Positions 57,452 through 64,000 of a DNA stretch of 64,000 bases are shown here, piece by piece. The notes beneath the pieces were generated by a model. That model was not told the DNA's origin, ran no database searches, and was given only the letters and a program-made list of their open reading frames with translations. The stretch covers positions 71,176,001-71,240,000 of the forward strand of contig CM097887.1 of NCBI GenBank assembly GCA_044892525.1. The letters run 5' to 3'. This DNA is from Schmidtea polychroa. Its lineage: Eukaryota. The stretch's first letter is position 1, and each line of letters starts with the position of its first letter. The position numbers were made by a program, and so were the translations under genes.

Positions 57452-59915
57452 TGTAATTACTGGTCATACATTTAATTGATTTAATTTAATATAATTTAAT
57501 ATAATATGATATAATTTAATATAGAATTTAAATATAAAAATTTAACAGAAATAATTATTTCTACTAACTGATCTCACTTCTACCATTTAACCATAATAAT
57601 TTTATATAGAGATTTACTAACTCCTTACATCCCTCCTTCTTTAAAATGCTTTAACTTTTCTATATTCCTCGTTATTTTTCTCCCGTTTTCGTCTGTTAAT
57701 AAGTAACTTCTTTCATGATTTCGTTTTATTACTGTGTATGGTCCTTCATATCTCTCGTGATCTTTGTTTCTAATTTCTTGTTTCACCAATACTTTGTCCC
57801 CTACTTCTAAGTTCCTAGTTGTGCCAATTTCTTTCGCTTGCTGTCTTTTAGCCTCTAATTTCCGCATGATTTCATTTCTATCCACTTCATTATTACTATG
57901 CCATTGCGATCTATTAATCTTTCTTCCAAATATAATTTCTGCTGGACTCACTCCAGTAGTTTTTTGAGCTGTCGCATTTAAAACGTATTCTATATCGGGT
58001 ATTAATTCTGCCCAGCTTTTTTTAACTCCTTCTCTGAGTGACGCGTTAATATAGTCTCTTATAGTACGAAATTGTCTTTCAATTACACCATTAGTATTAT
58101 GATGATACGGACTCGAAAATATCAACTCAATTCCTGCTGCCTTTGCTAGTTCTTTAATGCTATTTGCTTCGAAATTTTTTCCACAATCAACATGTAGTTC
58201 CTTAGGGGCTCCAAATTTCAATATCCAATTATTTAACAAAACTGCCTTTATTGTATTTTCATCTTGCTTTCTAATAGGAGTTAGAGATATGTATTTACTG
58301 TAATGATCGATTATTGCACAAATATATTTTTCTCCTCTGAAGGTTTCTCTAAATGGACCGCAAATATCCATGTATATTTTCTCCATAGGTTTTGAAGCTT
58401 GAATTACTTGGGTTTTTTCTTTTGACTTTGTAGTTAAAACTTTGTTTTTCTGGCATGCTTCACATATTGAAATAGTCTCTTTTACTTCATTTAGCAAATC
58501 TTCCATATCAAAATTGTTCCTAATATATTTCATAACTTTTTCTACTCCTGCTTGGCATAATAATAAATGTGTTTCCTTAATCATTTCTCGTATTTTTGTT
58601 TCTGGTATCCATATTTTGTTTTGATTGGTATAGATAATATTTCCTTTTAACATATATTTATTATTTTTCCTTCATTTATTTGATCTTTTATTTCTTGTAT
58701 TTCTGCATTATCTCTTTTCCATTCATTTCCATTATTTTCGGTCATCAATGTTAACAATCTAGTTTTTAATCGCCCTGATTTGGGATTATCATGGTCCATC
58801 AAACATTGCACACATTTGCCGCATGTATTTCTAGATAGCATATCTGCATTCGTATGCGCCGTACCTTTTCTGAACTCCATTTTTATGTCTAAACTACTCA
58901 AGTAATTTATCCACGTTTGGAACTGTGCTGTTATCGGCTTCTATTATAAATGTTATTTTTCTTTCCATATTACCAATTCTAAAATCAATATATATTTTTC
59001 CGATTGCCTCTAATTTACTATCATTTGCACATCTTAACATCTCATCTGTTTTTATGATTTTCACATTCACTAATTTGTCCACAACTGCTTCTGCCATTAC
59101 ATTTACTCTTGCTCCTGTATCTAGTAAGCATTCCATTCTATAGCCCTGAATTTCAAGAGTTGTACTCGGTCTACCTTGCATTTTGCCATAACTCAATTTA
59201 GGTCGTTTCCATTCATCTTTAGTGAAAATATTTTGCTCCTCTGATATATCATTAATCCACCCAATTTCTTTTCTCTCTAATTTATCTTCTGCCTTTTTAA
59301 AAAATTTATAAACTTTTTCATTTACTATTTTATTATTATATTCTGCTTCTTTAATTTCATTATACTCTTCTTGATTATTATTTATTAAAGATCGATCAGC
59401 ATTAAAATAACTATAACATTTAAAATTATTTGAAGGAAACTTTTGAAAATTACAAATATTATTACATAAAGGTTCTACATTATTATATATATAAGGATTA
59501 TTTACATTATTAAAATTATTATGACCAATATTTATATCAATATCAAAATTACCTAGTATATTGCTCCGATCATTGCCTCCCGTGTCGAAGCATGTACTTT
59601 TGGGTGCTGAATATCCTCATATTTGTCTTCTGCATCATCTGAATACTCAAGTGGCATCGTCTCATCATTAGGTTCAATTGCTGCAATTGTTCTTCCTGGA
59701 TTGTTGATCTTTTGTTGATAGCCTGTTGTTCGATGGGCATAATAATTATTGTTTCTCATGTTTGAATTAGTTTGAAACTTCCTTCTTTCCAAATTTGTAT
59801 AGCAGTCAATCTCCTTGTGTCCACGTAAGTGACATCTCTGGCATTGAATCGTTGAACATTCTCGCCGTACGTGGCCTTCAACTCCGCATGCAAAACACGT
59901 CATTAGTAGGGTATT
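57452..59915 (-). mobile_element. Ty3/Gypsy LTR retrotransposon: gag C-terminus, protease, RT/RNase H deletion, integrase, 3' LTR 57452-57629
   Basis: Two CCHC knuckles (CFACGVEGHVRREC, CQRCHLRGHKEIDC), LLDTGA, RNase H tail HTNADMLSR, integrase 57625-58653 (MDICGP, LHVDCG, NGVIER, GPY); PPT AAAGAAGGAGGGA then TGTAA...TTACA. Confidence 0.93.
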
Positions 59916-60043
59916 GTGTGGACCCGGGAACAAAGAACTATTACGTGATCGATGACGTCACAAAGGAAATTACGTCATACCCCCTACCCCTAATTTGACT
60001 GTTTCAATTTGATAGAGTTATTGTTAATTCGTTTTATTATATA

Positions 60044-61995
60044 TACTCTGAGTTTATCCGACAAGATATTTTCTCCCTCTATGGGTACTGCTTGTAAGGG
60101 TATTGGTCGTAAGGGTACTGATCGTAAAGGTACTGTTGTGTTTTAATGATTTTATTTAGGCAAATTTTTGGTTATTATTTGGCATTAAATTCATTGGTAA
60201 TTTTTTAGAGTTAGCGGGATTTTACTAACATTTTTTGTGAATTTCATGTTAATTGAAAGAATATTTAAAAATTTAAGGTTTAGTGTTAATTCTAAGATAA
60301 ATTTAATTAATTTCTTGATAATTTGCTATATTTTATTGACTTGTTTTTAAATTTTTAAATAAAAATTAATTTTTAATGAGGTTAATAATCAAGTGATAGG
60401 ATAAATTTTGATGATGATGATGATGATGATGATATTGAATTTGACTAAATAATTTTTTTTCATATATTTTTCTAAGAATATTTACACATTTATGAACTTT
60501 AAAATATTGAAAATCTACAGTTGAAACCAGCTAATTTTTTCACGATGATGATATATTTGAAATCTACTTGAAAATTATTGTAAAATATACTGAAATTTGT
60601 GATTTAGTTTGAAAGTTATATCATGTTATAATGGTTATAATTAGTTGAATCGATGAAGAATTATGATCAATCAATGAGATATTATCATCTCTAGTTAGGT
60701 ATTTGATGATACATGTGGTTAAATATTTATTTTAATGAATTTTGATCTTTTAGTGGACTCTTTGAATTTAGCTACTAAATTATTTCAATGGAAAAATGTC
60801 TGTAACAATTAAATAAAATTCATATTTTGAAGAATTTTCTATAGATTTTAAGATATATATTAAAGGGCTCAAGTGGATGAAATTAAGAGATATAGTCGGT
60901 TGGATTTAGTGAGGGTTCGGTTAAGTTGGGAATATATAGTATTTAAAGGAGGATATAGTCGGTTGAATGTTTAAAGGGGTAGAAATATTTGGTGAGGGAT
61001 CGGTTAGGGTGGAAATGTTTTGAATATTTAAATGGGTGATGTCCTTATTGGAAATGTTTCAAGGGAAATAGTCTATTAATTATCCAGGATTTTATTAAAG
61101 TGTTTAGGGTTAATGACTAATTTACTTGGTTTTGTCAATGAAATATTTGAAATATTTAGAGATAATTGATATCAAAGGTTATTGCTTTAAATTATTTTAT
61201 TTAACATGTTAAAGACGGACATTCATTATGAAGATAACGGTAACAAAAATATTGAATTAAAAGAGATGGGCATCGACAACTAAAGAAAATTTTACTTTAT
61301 TGAAGGAAATTTATGATTTTAATTATATTTCCAGAAATTAAATAGGTTGAATATCAGTTAATCTATTGAAGGAATATTGTTATCGGGTGGATAAATGATA
61401 TTTTGCTAAATTACCTTTGCTAAATATTATTTTAAATGACTAAAAATAACAAAATTAACCAATATTCATAAATTTATCGCACAAAATATCCATATTTTGG
61501 TTACTCAAACATCTTAAATTTCTCGCAAAGATATATTACGTCTAATGATCATCTAATTAAATTAGAAAATAATTGTTACTTTATAATATATATTTCTAAC
61601 TAATAAGCCCCTTAATTGGATAAATGATAACCATATTTCTATTATGACTCCTTTAATTATTTTTGCCTCAAACAAATTTACTTCAAATGATAAAGAATTT
61701 AAAATTATCAATGAATAATGACCATGTTTTTCTCATATTATTAACTATTGTAACGAACATTAGATGAATAAATTAATTTTTGCTTTAAATGACTACAAAG
61801 TTAACCAATAAATTAGTCGCTCGACATAAGTGTAATGTTACATTTAAAATATTCACGAATTTGTGATCATCTCACTAAATTACCTAAGAATTTCTAACTG
61901 ATTAATATACCCTTGCGACATGTTGAATGTGACCAGTACCCTTGCTAACAATACCCATAGGGGGACAGAATATTTTGTCGGATAAACTCGGAGTA
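60044..61995. mobile_element. 1.95-kb TIR element flanked by TA, with unidentified decayed cargo
   Basis: 47-bp TIR TACTC(T/C)GAGTTTATCCGACAA.. (41/47), TA on both flanks, subterminal AAGGGTACTG repeats. Confidence 0.8.
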
Positions 61996-63769
61996 TATGG
62001 TCTTTATTGATATATCAAAATACTGTTATTTATAAATCAACTAAAACATACTCAAAAATACTATATTATTTTACTGAATGATACCTTAAATGTTTTTAAT
62101 ATACCTATTTCTAAAATAAATCGACAGCTCAGACCAACAACATGTATGGATGACCACCCATTGTTAATTTATTTCCAGTGTCACGTCCCTCAAAATTACC
62201 GTGAGTGTTTTAACAAAACTGAGCTCAAAGAAACTTTCCAGATAACAACTCACCTGAATGTTTTGAACAAAATTGAGCGAATATGAGAACAAACGATTAG
62301 ATGGCGATTAACTTCTGGCCACAACCCTAACAACGTGAAAATTAAGATTTTAATTATTGAATTCGTTGTTTTCTGTCTGGAAATACTAACAGAATATTTT
62401 TTTAATTCAAAGAATCTTCATTATAAATATTTGAATTTAAAAAATTAAATGAAGGATATATAAGTGTACATAAAATTATAATATTATATAAAATTATACT
62501 ATATTTATTAATAAATTTAGAATACATAAAATTATAATATTATAATATTATATAAAATTATACTATATAATAATGTTTAAATATGCTTAAATAACTAAAT
62601 TGTTTAAATATTTTTAAATAACTAAATTTAAATCATTTAAATAAACTTTTCATATAACTTTATTTCTTTCGTTTTAGTATCCATAAAGTAAGTAAATAAA
62701 GAATTTACTACAATATTTTGATTATTTTACTTAGTAATGAAGAAAATAAATTATATAACTATGAAGAAGATGAACCAGACAAAATGGTGAAACACTAAAT
62801 GACTTATGTTCTGGATTTTTTAAATGAATTAGCTGATTGTGGGTGTCCCTCAACATGAATGTTTACTTAAATTATGTAAACTTTCTTTCAACGAATGTCA
62901 AGAAAAATGGGAAAAACCGATGTTTTAACAATTAAGTAAAGTACTCGTCATACATGAAGAATATTATTATTAATGTAAGACATAAATTAATTCTTTAAAA
63001 TATATATATATTATATTTAGGTATCTGTGTTTTATGGTGGGACTTGATAAGAAATGACATTGAAAAAGTATACCACAAATAACAGTTGCCTAATAGTCAG
63101 ACAGAATTTAATTTGTGACGATAAAATGCTAGATAACATCTGTAAGTTAATTGCTTTTAAATCAATATAAATTTTAGCAATGATAGTTGACACCGCATCA
63201 GAAACTAAGAAATACGTCCAATTTGCAAGATGTATTCCAAATGGCCCGATGGAGATGATAATTTTGAGATAGATTACCAGCAGAAATTTTTAAATTAAAT
63301 ATAATAGGGTTGAGTGGGTCCTCTTTATCCTTTAATTAATATATATTTACAAGCTGATCGTCGTGGTGGGCGGTTGTAATCCAACTAGTGGGAGGCCTCT
63401 GTAAATATATATTTGTGTTAGTGAAAACATTAATTAATTTGGTTATAGTGCCAATAACGCATGTATTTTGTAGTGTATTTTTATACGTTTCGAATGTGCT
63501 GGTAGTTGACTACCCATGCTAGGCGTAATGTTCCGTACGGAGAACTATAATGCTCAGGTTCTTCTGACCCCACTTGGGGGAGGCACAGACGACCCTTGTG
63601 GACGCCAACAAATATCCACCGTGTCTTTCAGGCACAGATATTTGGTCACTGCTCATTAGGCCTGGCAATACTAAATGCATAAACTTTGCCTTGTCCTCTC
63701 TTGTCTTGATTTTTATCGTTTAAATATTATTAAAAATAGTATGTGTGATAGGTTTTATTTACTAACCTT

Positions 63770-63879
63770 AATTAATATACCCTTGCGACATGTTGAGTGT
63801 GAGTAGTACCCTTGTGACCATTACCCATATGAGCAATACCCATAGGGGTCAGAATATTTTGTCGGATAGACTCGGAGTA
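63770..63879 (-). mobile_element. Third terminus of the same TIR family (right-end type)
   Basis: ATTAATATACCCTTGCGACATGTTGA...AGAATATTTTGTCGGATAGACTCGGAGTA, nearly identical to 61901-61995; followed by TATA. Confidence 0.8.
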
Positions 63880-64000
63880 TATACACCCATGTTAAACAAG
63901 GTATGTGTATATAGAATGTATGTATAAAATTATCGCTACTTATTGACAACTTCCTGTAAAGGCAAACACAGAATATTGCAAACATATAATAATTCTCTAC

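Noticed and set aside
62750-63150. Exon-like decayed coding (CSGF..LNELADCGCP..ECLLKLCK), vaguely FAM98-like
   Set aside because: Needs several frameshifts and the similarity is too weak to support.
1-64000. tRNA genes, snRNA genes or telomeric arrays
   Set aside because: No cloverleaf, A/B-box pair, Sm-RNA signature or telomere repeat was recognised by eye.

Overview
This is an AT-rich (roughly 70-75% AT by eye), transposon-dense animal genomic window with four short N-gaps. The exact taxon cannot be fixed; the content fits an invertebrate such as a myxozoan or flatworm, which is an inference. The one clearly intact host gene is a calpain-5/TRA-3-type protease on the + strand. It has 9 coding exons over 20501-53358 (~657 aa), an intact Cys/His/Asn triad and a C-terminal C2 domain, and one intron is only 46 nt while most others are 3-6.6 kb and packed with TEs. 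Almost everything else is mobile DNA or decayed sequence: several hAT transposase copies and hAT MITEs with 8-bp TSDs, Merlin/ISXO2 elements, piggyBac derivatives, Mutator-like MITEs with 9-bp TSDs, Tc1 HTH fragments, Gypsy LTR remnants, a Penelope RT fragment, a Polinton/adintovirus-type protein-primed PolB remnant and a 28S rRNA sarcin-ricin-loop fragment. The most unusual observations are: (i) a TA-flanked TIR family that sits just downstream of the pPolB gene and also brackets a 1.95-kb cargo element; (ii) two co-terminal HSP90 5' fragments sharing non-HSP90 flanks, suggesting an amplified captured gene piece; (iii) minimal-hammerhead-like motifs in two intronic repeats; (iv) a candidate -1 gag-pol frameshift site in an RT-deleted Gypsy element. 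All alignments and translations were done by eye.
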